Assembly (NCBI RefSeq): GCF_018350175.1
Contig: NC_058368.1
Coordinates: 100,628,001-100,692,000 of the forward strand
Length of the DNA stretch: 64,000 nucleotides
Direction: 5' to 3'
DNA from: Felis catus
Taxonomy: Eukaryota
Part shown: piece after piece, positions 12,521 to 23,369 of the stretch
Numbering within the stretch: the stretch's first letter is position 1
Layout of the letters: every line of letters starts with the position of its first letter
The notes under the pieces: generated by a model
Database searches by the model: none
What the model saw: the letters and a program-made list of their open reading frames with translations, nothing else
What the model was told of the DNA's origin: nothing
Translations under genes and position numbers: made by a program

Positions 12521-13039
12521 AAAACAAACAAAACAATGAAATGCCTACCACACGTGAAACTTTCCACGCCCGCTTAGAGGTAGACCGGGATACTCAGAGC
12601 AGAATTTAAGATCCTTTTAATGGGAGTTGTGCAAAGGGCACAGGGCTTCACTCTCTAGCTCTCTCTACTGTCTACTCCTAGATTGGAAGGAAGAGTATGA
12701 ATCCGCAATGCCTACCCTATTGTCTCTCTCTGGTTTTGCCCCCACCCTCTCTCACACCGTGTGGATGTTTGCATACGTGTGTGCGTGTGTGACGTGACTA
12801 CATTTTCTCTTTGCAGTAAGGCTTGCATCTGAGGTCACACCTTCCATCCTAGGTGACACCTATAATTAACCAACCTGTTGAGTGCGTATATTGCCTTTCA
12901 CAATAGCTGGCAACCTTTATAGCTCTGGCCCTGGGTGAGCCCTGCCAACTGTGTGTTTACATGGTAAATTACACGCTCCTTTCACAATGGCTTCACCACA
13001 GTGGGGGTCAAGGTTGCAACAAAACTACCTACTTTGTTG

Positions 13040-13145
13040 GGGTAACAAAGGATAGGAATCACAGTGGGGTTCATCTTTGTATTTCCCAAGTTGGGCTCAG
13101 AGCCTGGGAGGTAGCAGTTGCTCAATAAATGTTTATTGAATGGCT
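13040..13145 (+). mobile_element. L2 3' terminus
   Basis: ttcatctttgtatttccc...gcctgggaggtagcagttgctcaataaatgtttattgaatg. Confidence 0.75.
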
Positions 13146-13756
13146 AGAGTGGGGATGGAGGGAGTAGGTTGATGGATAACATTTAAAGCCCTTCCTACAT
13201 CCTTTGCCTCACCCAGGCTGAGGTTCATAGGACAGTCTCTCAATGGGGAGAAATCTGCCTTTTAGGGAAATTGTTTTGTTCCATTTTAATTATTTGGACT
13301 TCTTTGTAACTACTCTGTACTTGTAAATTAGGACACACAGGACTACAAATGTATATTTGTTTGTTCAACAAATGTAACTGTGTCCCCACTATGTGCTTAG
13401 CCCTCAGCTAATGAAATCCCTGCCTTGAGCCCTCGATATCTATTTGAAAGGGATCAAATAATTAGTCATATGCAACACATATGTGAGATTCCACATCCAA
13501 GTAGATTGTGGGATTCCCTGCTTCATCCACCTTGGTGATCACCCCAATCTACCCCCCCCCCCCCCCCCGCCATGGCCAAGGTTTTCTCATTGATCCTGTC
13601 CATAGGTAAGTCCACTTTTGTTTGAAGAAACCATCACAATGGGATTCAAGTTTAAGGACACTTCTTCTCCCATAGCCCTTTAAACATGTCCCAGCCTGAG
13701 ACGATTACAATGTCTAAATTTTAAATAAGGATTTATAGTTTATAAAAGCAGTCATA

Positions 13757-13821
13757 ATATCCATCACTATGCATATTGTAACCTGAAACCAATAATGTAT
13801 GTCAATTATACCTCAAGAAAG
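13757..13821 (+). mobile_element. Very short 5'-truncated L1 3' end with TSD
   Basis: tgtaacctgaaaccaataatgtatgtcaattatacctca flanked by aaagcagtcata direct repeats (13745-13756, 13822-13833). Confidence 0.75.
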
Positions 13822-14224
13822 AAAGCAGTCATATAGATAATCACACTTAATCCTCATAACAATTCTGTGAGGTAGGCGGGATCCTACAGGAGCAGAGTGA
13901 CATTGTCCAGCTCTTTTCTTTGCTGGTCTTAATTCCAGTCCTTGGCTTTGGTGAAGTACAACTTTGTTCCTTGTACTGTTCCAGGGCTGCTTAGTATTGT
14001 TAGTAAATTGCTGGATAATCTCAGCATTGGCCAGCTTCTGACATCAGCCAACGCTTACTCCTCACAGCCTTCTACAGTCTTAGGAGTGTTAATTTAATTT
14101 CCCTTCCATCCATATGGCCCTGTTCCTATTTTTGAGTCTAGCCAATGTATATTGGCCATCTCTACTCTAAAGTGATGAAATATGGTACTTAATGAATCAT
14201 GTGCAGAGCAATGATACCACTCTC

Positions 14225-14800
14225 GTGGGGTTGTATTCTTCTAGAAAAACATACTAAAGAAAAGGAATACTCGCATGCATATTTCACTGAGTATTTATTT
14301 CATAAGAGAGAGCAAGAGATTCAGAGAGATTTGTGTAAAAGAGCCCCCTAGGAGGGAGCAAAGGGACAGGAAATGTGGAAGAAAGGAATGAAAACATCAG
14401 CCCGTCAAATTCCACTGAGCCATCAAAAGAACAGGTTAAATGCTAGTGAATAGAGCTCTTTCTTCCTATACATGATGCCCTCGTACTGACCCCATCCTGA
14501 ATGGAGTTCAGTGTCCTCTGTATCTACCAGTTGTGGGGGATATTTCTACCACTGTTAAATTGAACTATGAGTCAACTTGAGCTGGAAAACTTCAGGTATA
14601 ATGATTCTGATTTGGCTGAGACAGTGTCTGAGCATGTCATGCCCTGCACGGACTTGTCCTCACCCACTGGGAAATTGACTCCCTCGTGTGATGCCAGGCC
14701 CTGTAGTCCTCGTGTGGAGAATGCATTGTTTTGCAGTGGCCACGAGAGCCATTGTAGATACGCTGTCAACCTGTAATGGCCAAGTTTAATAGTCCGCTTC
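14225..14800. mobile_element. Old MaLR (MLT1-like) LTR
   Basis: Resembles MLT1 layout by eye; subfamily and strand not resolved. Confidence 0.35.
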
Positions 14801-15019
14801 GAAGTCAGGTCACAGCCTTGTAGCTGAAAGTGGGAATTGCCCTTTCACATTGGAGTGGCAGGTAGGTACACCGGAAAAGGATGAAACATGTGGGCAGACA
14901 GCTGATTTAAAAAGAGTCAAATGCCCTTTCAGAGCTATTGGTTTCTTTGGCTCTACAGCCTTTTCAAACTCTGCATTTTGTGGAGACCGTAGGGCAAGGA
15001 ATAAAAGTCTAGTCAGGTA

Positions 15020-15238
15020 GGGGTGCCTGGGTGGCTCAGTCAGTTAAGCGTCTGACTTTGGCTCAGGTCATGATCTCACTGTTCGCTGGTTCGAGCTCCG
15101 TGTCGTGCTCTGTGCTGACAGCTCGGAGCCTGGAGCCTGCTTCGGATTCTGTGCTTGTCTTTCTCTCTCTGCCCCTTCCTTGTTCACACTCTGTCTCTTT
15201 GGCCCTCAAAAATAAATAAACATTGAAAAAAATTTTTA
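15020..15238 (+). mobile_element. SINEC
   Basis: Full body; TSD aaaagtcta(g/a)tca. Confidence 0.95.
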
Positions 15239-16135
15239 AGAACAAAAGTCTAATCATTTATTCTCATTTGATCGGCTACTCTACGTTTCCCTAAAAGTTG
15301 ACCCACTTGGCTCCAGATCTTACTTCTATGGTGAAGGAGCCATATTGTTTCCCTGCCACCCTCAGGAATCTCATGCAGACAAAACCCTACCCTCGTTGTC
15401 ACTGCATGAGCATAAGCCCAGCCCACTGCACTGCATGTGGGAAGTGGGGCTTGTACATTTCTGCAAGACCCTCAGGTGAATTGTCTATGAAGTCAACGAA
15501 GCACAAGCTTGACCACCACAAAGCCCTGGACTTAACTTTTCGTTCATAATTCTGTATCAGTTTGCTTAAAGAAGGCCTCCAAATCGATAAACTTTAAATT
15601 CCAAAGACCTGGATCTAGTTGTGGCAAAAACAAAGTCACTGGAACAAAGAATATAAAGATATTCTTACCCCCAGTAAGCCTCAGCACCCATACTTGATGT
15701 TCATCTTTTAGTGATATTTACATGGTGTCTGAAAGAGAAACTGAATACTTAAAGTGTTTGCACCGTCTGGGATTCTATGGCCTGAAGCCCCATCCCCATT
15801 AGACTTTCTCAAATAATGATCAATCCAGATCCAGGAAGCCTCTCTGGAACAGGACAGGTATAGAAGTTAACAGAGAAGATCAGATAGTTCTCACTTTTTC
15901 ACGTGGGATTTCAAAAGACGGGCTTCTTCCCTTATGAGTCCCCTTTCATTTGCTAACATCACGGTCAGTGCACAAGGCTTAGTCGAATTGGCTGCTAAGA
16001 TCCTAAGTGATGTGAGAAAGTTGACTGTGGAGGCAAATGTCCTCAAGGGCAATATCACGTAACTTCCGGTTTCCTTTACTGTGAAGAGCCCAAGTGCCCA
16101 GTTTTTTGTTTTTGTTTTCCTTTTTGTTTCTTTAG

Positions 16136-16245
16136 AACAAGCCAATTGCCACCGGCAGCCTATTCCATTTGAAAACAGTAGCATCAACTGCAGATTGGTG
16201 AAAATCCGGCTGCAAGTTCCCATCTGCCTTCAGGTACAAAAAGAG
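16136..16245 (+). other. Candidate exon 0 of putative spliced transcript (alternative donor after 16233)
   Basis: Long T-rich tract ending tttag at 16135; donors CAG|gtacaa and GAG|gtaaaa; open frame EQANCHRQPIPFENSSINCRLVKIRLQVPICLQ(VQKE) ends in phase 0. The acceptor tract is partly a TTTTG microsatellite, so it may be incidental. Confidence 0.25.
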
Positions 16246-16930
16246 GTAAAAGAGGCACTTTGATTTTCAAAGAAGAGGTGTTCGCGCTTAATTAGAAGTC
16301 AGTGAAATCCAGGGAGACTCTGTAATTATTTTAAAGACCCCTTGTGTGAAATCTGCAGTACCCTTGTGAAATATGCCACTGTCACAGCTGCCCTCTGATG
16401 AGGCTTGGGTTCCAATCTGTGCCTCTCCAGCAGTCTGTGCGACCATCGCTGCCAGGTGGCATCAGCCTTCTCACAGCGTCCTCCTCCTGTCTGCCATGAG
16501 GGAATAAAGCCGCATCTCCCTGGGAAGCTTCTACTGGTGGCTCAGAAGAAATCTGTCTGCGGAGAAGAGATGGCAAGCGTCCTTGGAAATGTGAATTATT
16601 GCTGTCATCAGCACATTGCCTCCCCTTTGTATTGAACCTTTGACATTGAAACAGTTTGCTGCTACGTAGTTTCGATGTGTGTCGTTTGCCTTGGGCTTGC
16701 TGAACTATGGAGCTTCAGAGCTAGTTGTATGTGGCTTTGTGGGAAGCCGAAAAATCTTCGGAGACTGCGTGGAAAGGAAACCGGCAAACTGATACTCAGG
16801 GAAGTTGCCTGAAATGTTTGCAGTTACCAATTTATTATTTATTTTAAGAACGTACCCCCAGAAATAACTATTCTAACTGAACTGGCGCTAAAATGAAAAA
16901 AACAAAAAATTGACATCTTTGCTACTCCAG

Positions 16931-16969
16931 AGACAAGTAGACAATCCTATCTATGCTTTACCCTTGGGG
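16931..16969 (+). other. Candidate micro-exon A (39 nt, phase 0-0)
   Basis: Acceptor catctttgctactccag|, donor GGG|gtaagc; open frame RQVDNPIYALPLG. Confidence 0.45.
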
Positions 16970-17068
16970 GTAAGCATATCCTCAAAGAAAGAAAAAAGAA
17001 AGCAAAGGAAAGGAAAGGAAAATGCTGAGAGCATCTGTTTGCTTCGGCCTGCATCTTCTGTGCTCCAG

Positions 17069-17110
17069 GGACAGTGTGGCAATTGTGCTGACAAAACAGA
17101 GTTTATGGAC
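17069..17110 (+). other. Candidate micro-exon B (42 nt, phase 0-0)
   Basis: Acceptor gcatcttctgtgctccag|, donor GAC|gtaagt; open frame GQCGNCADKTEFMD. Confidence 0.5.
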
Positions 17111-17281
17111 GTAAGTCATTTGTGCCAATATAGCTTCTGCATAAAGCTGTGGGTGCAGTTGGTGACTGAGAAACCAGCCATTTTGCAAGAAGACATGTTT
17201 TCACCTTCAGAAGATCCTCAAAGATTTTCCCTCAACCTTTCACTATTAAATAATCCATATTTGGCTGTTTTTTCTTCCTAG

Positions 17282-17398
17282 ACCATCGGAAAGACCTTGA
17301 GGCGATCCTTGATCAATTTATATCCCAATGTCGTATGACATCGAGGAAGAAATTTTGAACTGCTCCAAAAATCACTTTTGAAGGAATTACCTATGATG
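17282..17398 (+). other. Candidate exon C (117 nt) with one in-frame TGA in the phase-0 frame
   Basis: Strong acceptor ggctgttttttcttcctag|, donor ATG|gtaagc; 4 CpGs in 117 nt; frame 0 reads TIGKTLRRSLINLYPNVV*HRGRNFELLQKSLLKELPMM. Confidence 0.55.
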
Positions 17399-18167
17399 GT
17401 AAGCATTTATAAAGCAGAGTAAATACATAAGGTTTCTACCTACATTAGTGCTCCCTAGCCATCATATGTGACCATTAGGGAAATACAGTACTCACAAAAA
17501 ACAAACAAACAAACAAACAAACAAACAAATAACCTTAATCCTTTGGAAGAAAGTTTAAGCAGCCAAGTCATAAAGTCATTTTTCTACCGGTGGCTCTGCA
17601 TCAACCCTCCCAAAACAACATTATTTTTGGGGGTTTTTTTTCCAAATATTTTCTTTCTTTGACTTGAGGTTTTTTTTTTTAATATGATGGAGAAAGAAAT
17701 GTAATCCAAGTGCAAGATAATAGAGAATAATTCATTTCCATGACTGTGCTTTGTTTTCCTTTTCACATCTGTGACAATCAGTCTTCAATACGTACAGTGC
17801 ACTTAACTCATAGAACTGATCTTTCTCTGCAGGGCTGGGACTGAGGGGAAGGTGAAAACGCACAGAGACAAGCACTCTCAGGGCCCTGCCGGGGCCCTTG
17901 AACTTTGCTCCCTTCCTGCCTTCCTTGCTTCCCCTGAGCCCCAGCCTGATGGGTCCCAGTCCCATAGAATTGACAGTCAATCTGCTAAACTCACATTCAA
18001 GTAGCTGTTATTTTGTCTAATCACAACCGTCAGGTGACAGTTAATTCCTCGCTCTCCATTCCGGTGAAAGATAATGATAATGGGAGGGCTCTCTTCTCAA
18101 ATTCTAACTACAAAGAATTATGCAAATACTTTCTATCCTATATGGGCAGAAAACTCAGGCCATTTAT

Positions 18168-18393
18168 GGGGTGCCTGGGTGGCTCCGTCAGTTAAGCGTC
18201 CTCCTCTTGACCTCTGCTCAGGTCGTGATCTCACAGTTTCTGAGTTTAAGCGCCACATCAGGCTCTACGGTGATGGCAATGGCCTGGGGCCTGCTTGGAA
18301 TTCTGTCTTTCGCTCTCGCTGCCCCTCCCCTGCTATACTCATGCGCGCTCTCTCTCTCTCTCAAAATAAATAAATAATCTTAAAAAAAAAAAA
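18168..18393 (+). mobile_element. SINEC
   Basis: Full body and A tail. Confidence 0.95.
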
Positions 18394-18675
18394 AGGGGTG
18401 CCTAGATGTCAGTTAAGCAACTGACTTCTGCTCAGATCATGATCTCGCAGTTTGTGAATTCGAGCCCTGCTCTGTGCTGACAGCTCAGAGCCTTGAGCCT
18501 ACTTCAGGTTATGTGTCTCCTTCTCTCTCTGCCCCTCTCCCTCTTGCATTCTCTCTACCTCTCTCTCTCAAAAATAAATAAACATTAAAAAAGAAAAAAG
18601 AAAAGAAAAGAAAAGAAAAGAAAAGAAAAGAAAAGAAAAGAAAAGAAAAGAAAAGAAAAGAAAAGAAAAGAAAAA
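18394..18675 (+). mobile_element. SINEC with expanded (GAAAA)n tail
   Basis: Directly follows the previous tail. Confidence 0.95.
18592..18675. repeat. (AAAAG)n pentanucleotide repeat, about 15-16 units
   Basis: Direct near-perfect run. Confidence 0.95.
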
Positions 18676-18804
18676 ACTCATGCCATTTTTACTGAGACAG
18701 TTTTCTTCTTAATTTTGTGTGGAAATTATCTTGTGTGCCAATTATTGTATGATTCTGTTTTCCTAATGACAATAGATGGTTGATGTCAAAAACTGTAACT
18801 TTGA

Positions 18805-19025
18805 GGGGCACCTGGGTGGCGCAGTCGGTTAAGCGTCCGACTTCAGCCAGGTCACGATCTCGCGGTCCGTGAGTTCGAGCCCCGCGTCAGGCTCTGGGCT
18901 GATGGCTCGGAGCCTGGAGCCTGTTTCCGATTCTGTGTCTCCCTCTCTCTCTGACCCTCCCCCGTTCATGCTCTGTCTCTCTCTGTCCCAAAAATAAATA
19001 AACGTTGAAAAAAAAATTAAAAAAA
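18805..19025 (+). mobile_element. Young SINEC_Fc
   Basis: CpG-intact body; perfect TSD aaaaactgtaactttga. Confidence 0.97.
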
Positions 19026-19281
19026 AAAAACTGTAACTTTGACTACAAGATTCAGGATCACTTTTTCTCATCATTGTGATTAAAGCGAATGACAAGACCA
19101 TGGCTTTCAAAGCCTTCTACATTCTTACAAATTCTTTGATTGGTCCATATTCGTGCCTTAGTTCTGATGCTGAAACCCACTGTTTAGATTGATCTCTACG
19201 CAGAATTAGCTCAGGCAAGTGACGATCCTTCTGCACTTTGTGTTACCTGAATAGTGATCAGTAATGAAAAGATAACAATTT

Positions 19282-19502
19282 TTTCCTTTTTTTTTTGTTT
19301 TTGTTTTTGTTTTTTGTTTTTTGAGAGCAAGAAACAGTGCAAGCAGGGGAGGGGCAGAGAGAGAGAGGGAGAGAGAGAATCCCAAGCAGGTGCTACACCC
19401 GGCACAGAGCCCAATCCAGGCTCCATGTCACGACTGTGAGATCATGACCTGAGCCAAAATCAAGAGTGGGACACTTAACGGACTGAGCCACCCAGGTGCC
19501 CC
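19282..19502 (-). mobile_element. SINEC
   Basis: Antisense body with a TTTTTG-type tail. Confidence 0.95.
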
Positions 19503-19934
19503 AAAAAGTTAAAAACCTTTTGCTGTAACCAGATGTTAACTAATATTGAAAGCATTTAGAAAAGATGACAATCTTAAATCTTGTGTTTAACAATACGTAT
19601 CAAATTATGGTTTGAAAATCTATTGCTAATATCACTGTAAAGTCTTAGACGGGACCTTTAAGGCATGGCTGATGTGAGAAGTTACCATTGCTTTTCAATC
19701 AAAGCGTAAAGGCTGAGTCCAAGGCAAAAAACATAAATTATGATTTCTTGGCATGGTGTGTTTATGAGGCAAGGATTCTGTGGAGAGAAATGCTTGGAGG
19801 TTCATTTCTGAGGCATTTCAGAAAAACTAAACAGAGGAGTCCTGGACCGTTTTCAGATGGGGAAGAATTCCAAATTATCCTTTACAAGGGTGGGCCTCAC
19901 AACCTCCAGTGAGGGCTTGTCTTCTTGTTTTTAG

Positions 19935-20051
19935 ATACATCCAAATCTTAGTCACTTGTCCTTTTCTCCAGAATCCACCTGGAGAATCTTTCCTTTTACC
20001 ACATCATGTTCTTCCTCAGCATATTCAGTGGATGCTGCTACAATACCAGGG
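19935..20051 (+). other. Candidate exon D (117 nt, phase 0-0; alternative acceptor at 19971)
   Basis: Acceptor cttgtcttcttgtttttag|, donor GGG|gtgaga; open frame IHPNLSHLSFSPESTWRIFPFTTSCSSSAYSVDAATIPG. Confidence 0.35.
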
Positions 20052-21087
20052 GTGAGAATTCATTCTACATTGACCATAGCTTGAGTGGTTATAGGCTAAA
20101 AGAAATTGTCAGCAATATAGACAGGGTTCCAGCATAGGAGATGGGAGAAAAGAGGCATCTCCCTGCTCGGGGTTGACGCAATGCTCCTCACACCTCTCAG
20201 GCTGCAGGGAGACCAGGTGAAACACTGTCTCCATTCATGACTCCCAGCCTTCACGTCAGGTAGAAGCTTCTAGAAGATTCCCCCCCCCCCCCCCAGCAGA
20301 AGCACGGGCTCTCTGGAGACCATGGTGATCTAAACTGTGGAAAACACTATCCATCAGAGAGATGAACACGCCCCGAGAGCAAATCCAGCAGAAGCCTCAC
20401 CACTTTTTTCTTTTCTGAAGACACCTCAAAAGCCTTCTCTCATCGCTTATAGAAAGCGGTAAATTAGGTCAGCCGGCTCAGAATGTGGAAGGTTCTGGCA
20501 GGCAGGGCAAGCTGAGTTACTGTCTTCTGTAACCTTCCCTCTCGCCCAAGAGTCATACATAATGGAGAAACAGGTAAATAAGAATTAAATACCTGATGTC
20601 TCTTTTCTCTTCTTTCTGTCCTTTGATTACACCACTATTTTATTTATGATTCCCCAAAGAGAAGAAAACATCCCTTATGTGCCATTGCTTTTGTAAATTG
20701 TTAAAGAATCACAAAAATGAAATACTTCACAACGGGTTTTTCTCTATTGCCTCTTTCCTGCTGTCCTGAGCCTTTAAAGTGATGGTTCACCTGCACAGGC
20801 TCCCCTCCGCCACCGCCACCCTCTCCCCCTACCTCCCAATAAAACTGGCCTTCATCTCGCTGTATCTTATTTCCCAAAGGAGATCAAACGGATCCAAAGT
20901 TGATGCGAGGGTTGGTGTTCACCAGCCCTGTGTCTGTGTTTTGCTCTACATAATACTGTTTTGTGTCTCAGGGGCAGTGTTTAAAGTAGACAGAGCACAT
21001 TTCTTTGTTTTGTGTTTGCGTAAGAATCGAGTAAGCAGCTCCACACCATGAGCAATAAATAGAGAAAATGCAAACAGCTCAGGTTTG

Positions 21088-21205
21088 ATTTTTTTTTTTT
21101 AATTTCTATTTTAGGTAGGCGTTCCACACCCAACATGGGGTTTGAACTCACAACTCTGATATCAAGCACTGCATGCTCTACTGACTGAGCCAGCCAGGCA
21201 CCCCA
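21088..21205 (-). mobile_element. Short older SINEC
   Basis: ccacacccaacatggggtttgaactc...gagccagccaggcacccc. Confidence 0.85.
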
Positions 21206-21514
21206 GTGGTTTGAAAGATTATATTCCCAATGGCTTGGGTGGGAGGGGGGGTGAGGAGAAAATGCACATCGGAATTATCTGGGCAATCTCTCAAGGTTTC
21301 ACAATTCTTTGCCCAAATAAGTAATATTAGATATAAGGCTCTCTTGCTCTGAATCTCTTTGGAAGTTTCTAGCATTTCATTTTTTTCCTACAAACAAAAT
21401 TTCAGGATTTTTTTTTTTTATATATATCACATATCCTCATCACCAGGAAACTTAAGAGATTGGGGGGATACAGGTTTTTCTTTCATGTAATCTTCCAGCT
21501 GGAGAGAATTTCTC

Positions 21515-21743
21515 TTTTTTTTTTTTTATAAATTTTTTTTAACGTTTATTTATTTTTGAGACAGAGAGAGACAGAGCATGAACGGGGGAGGGTCAGAGAG
21601 AGAGGGAGACACAGAATCTGAAACAGGCTCCATGCTCTGAGCTGTCAGCACAGAGCCCGATGCGGGGCTCGAACTCACGGACCGCGAGATCATGACCTGA
21701 GCCGAAGTCGGACGCTTAACCGACTGAGCCACCCAGGTGTCCC
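21515..21743 (-). mobile_element. SINEC_Fc
   Basis: Antisense body; TSD gagaatttctctt. Confidence 0.97.
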
Positions 21744-22114
21744 GAGAATTTCTCTTAATAGAAAGGATTTGGAGTGTGAATAACAGGTTAGGTGATGTCA
21801 AGAAGAAACCAACGTGATACCTGAATGCTGAGGCCTTCATGGAATAATTCGTAACAGATTTAAGTGGCGGGAATACAGTGAGAAATAAACTCCGCCAAAA
21901 ATGACAGGCAGGATTCTTTTCTGACTCAAGGTTAGTTACCAACATTTCTGACTTTCTACCCTTCGAGATTTGGGGGGAACACCATTCTGTCAGAGCAGAA
22001 TAAGGCATACTTGAGGAAGAAATAAAGCACAAAAGACAGGGCAAGGTACACAGAGAAGTCAGTAAGGGGTATTTTACTCATGGGAAGGCAAGTCTCGGAA
22101 CTCAGGAAAAGTGT

Positions 22115-22310
22115 GGGGCACTTTAGCTCAGGACTTCAGCTCAGGACATGTTCGCACCGTTTGTAGGTTCGAGCCCCGTGTCAGGCTCTGCTGACAGCTT
22201 GGAGCCTGGAGCCTGCTTCAGATTCTGTCTGTCTGTCTGTCTGTGTCTCTCTCTATCCCTTCCCCACTTGTGTTTGGTCTCTGTCTCTCAAAAAATAAAT
22301 AAATGTTAAA
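22115..22310 (+). mobile_element. SINEC with rearranged 5' end
   Basis: Body from gacttcagctcagg onward; duplicated agctcaggac. Confidence 0.85.
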
Positions 22311-23030
22311 AACTTTTCTTTTTAAAGGTGCAAATTTCTCTCACATTCGTTCATTGAATTCACTTCTCTGCAGTCTGTCGAACATGACAACCTAGAGCTT
22401 AATTTTCCTCAGTGAGTCTCTGCCCTGTGTGCCCTCACGGTGTGTGAACTGTAGTTTTCACAGATAGTCTTTATTTTACCCCATAACGATGTACGTTACA
22501 TGTATGTATGTTACAGCGAACTATATTATGCTGTGTATCTACTCATATCATGTACCTAAGAATCGTACAGGCAAAATCATGTTCTGTATGGGCACTTTAA
22601 GAGATTTCGAGAGTACTCTTGGCTTTATTCAATTTTCATTTTACACACTGTACAGATTAACCCCCGTGAATGGTCACCGTCATAATTATCCTGCTTTAAG
22701 TTCGGGTGCCTAAGCACAGACAAATCACAGCTACAGCACCAGAAAGATCCCACAGTTGCATTCGTGCGAAGCCTGACAGGGATTTTTGAGGAATCCCAGA
22801 AGATGAGTGAAAGGTACCAATTTCCAAAAGGAGGATAAAGATATATTCCAGAAATTTAAAATTTTAAGTCTCATTTGACATTGGTCTCCAGCAAGAAAAA
22901 CAATTTTAAGATATTTAAGTAACTCGGAAGCATTTAGAAAATGGTTACTGTCAGCCAGCATGATTGCTCTAAGAATAATTCATAAGAGGCAAAGCTAATT
23001 TCATTTTTCAATCATACTACTCACCTGACT

Positions 23031-23230
23031 TTTTTTTTAAAGTTTATTTATTTTTGAGACAGAGAGACAGAGCATGAACGGGGGAGGGACAGAGAGAGGG
23101 AGACACAGAATCCGAAACAGGCTCCCAGCTGTCAGCCCAGAGCCCGACGCGGGGCTCGAACTCACGGACTGCGAGATCGTGACCTGAGCTGAAGCCGGAC
23201 GCTTAACCGGCTGAGCCACCCAGGTGCCCC
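23031..23230 (-). mobile_element. SINEC_Fc
   Basis: TSD actactcacctga. Confidence 0.97.
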
Positions 23231-23369
23231 ACTACTCACCTGATTTTAAAGAAAAGCCATAAAGATGGTATATCATAATTTTGTGGCATGCTAGTGGGGA
23301 AAAAATGAATAATATTAGTTGATGAATTGCATCAAATTAGACCAAGCTTTCAGTTGAACTTTCACTAAT

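Noticed and set aside
13552..13569. Poly-C runs (also 20280-20294) as functional G4 elements
   Set aside because: Simple homopolymers with unreliable length and no contextual support.
16136..17300. Loose resemblance of the spliced peptide (VKIRLQVPIC...VDNPIYALPLGGQCGNC...TEFMDTI) to glycoprotein-hormone beta cystine-knot C-termini
   Set aside because: Cysteine spacing is incomplete and the micro-exon structure does not match those genes; treated as coincidence unless an HMM search says otherwise.
17336..17338. In-frame TGA as selenocysteine
   Set aside because: No similarity to a known selenoprotein and no SECIS element identified.
21550..22044. Longest ORF (164 aa) and the many ORFs containing AQSVKRPTSAQVMIS or GSGHDL...EFEP
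   Set aside because: These are translations of SINEC bodies and recur at every copy.
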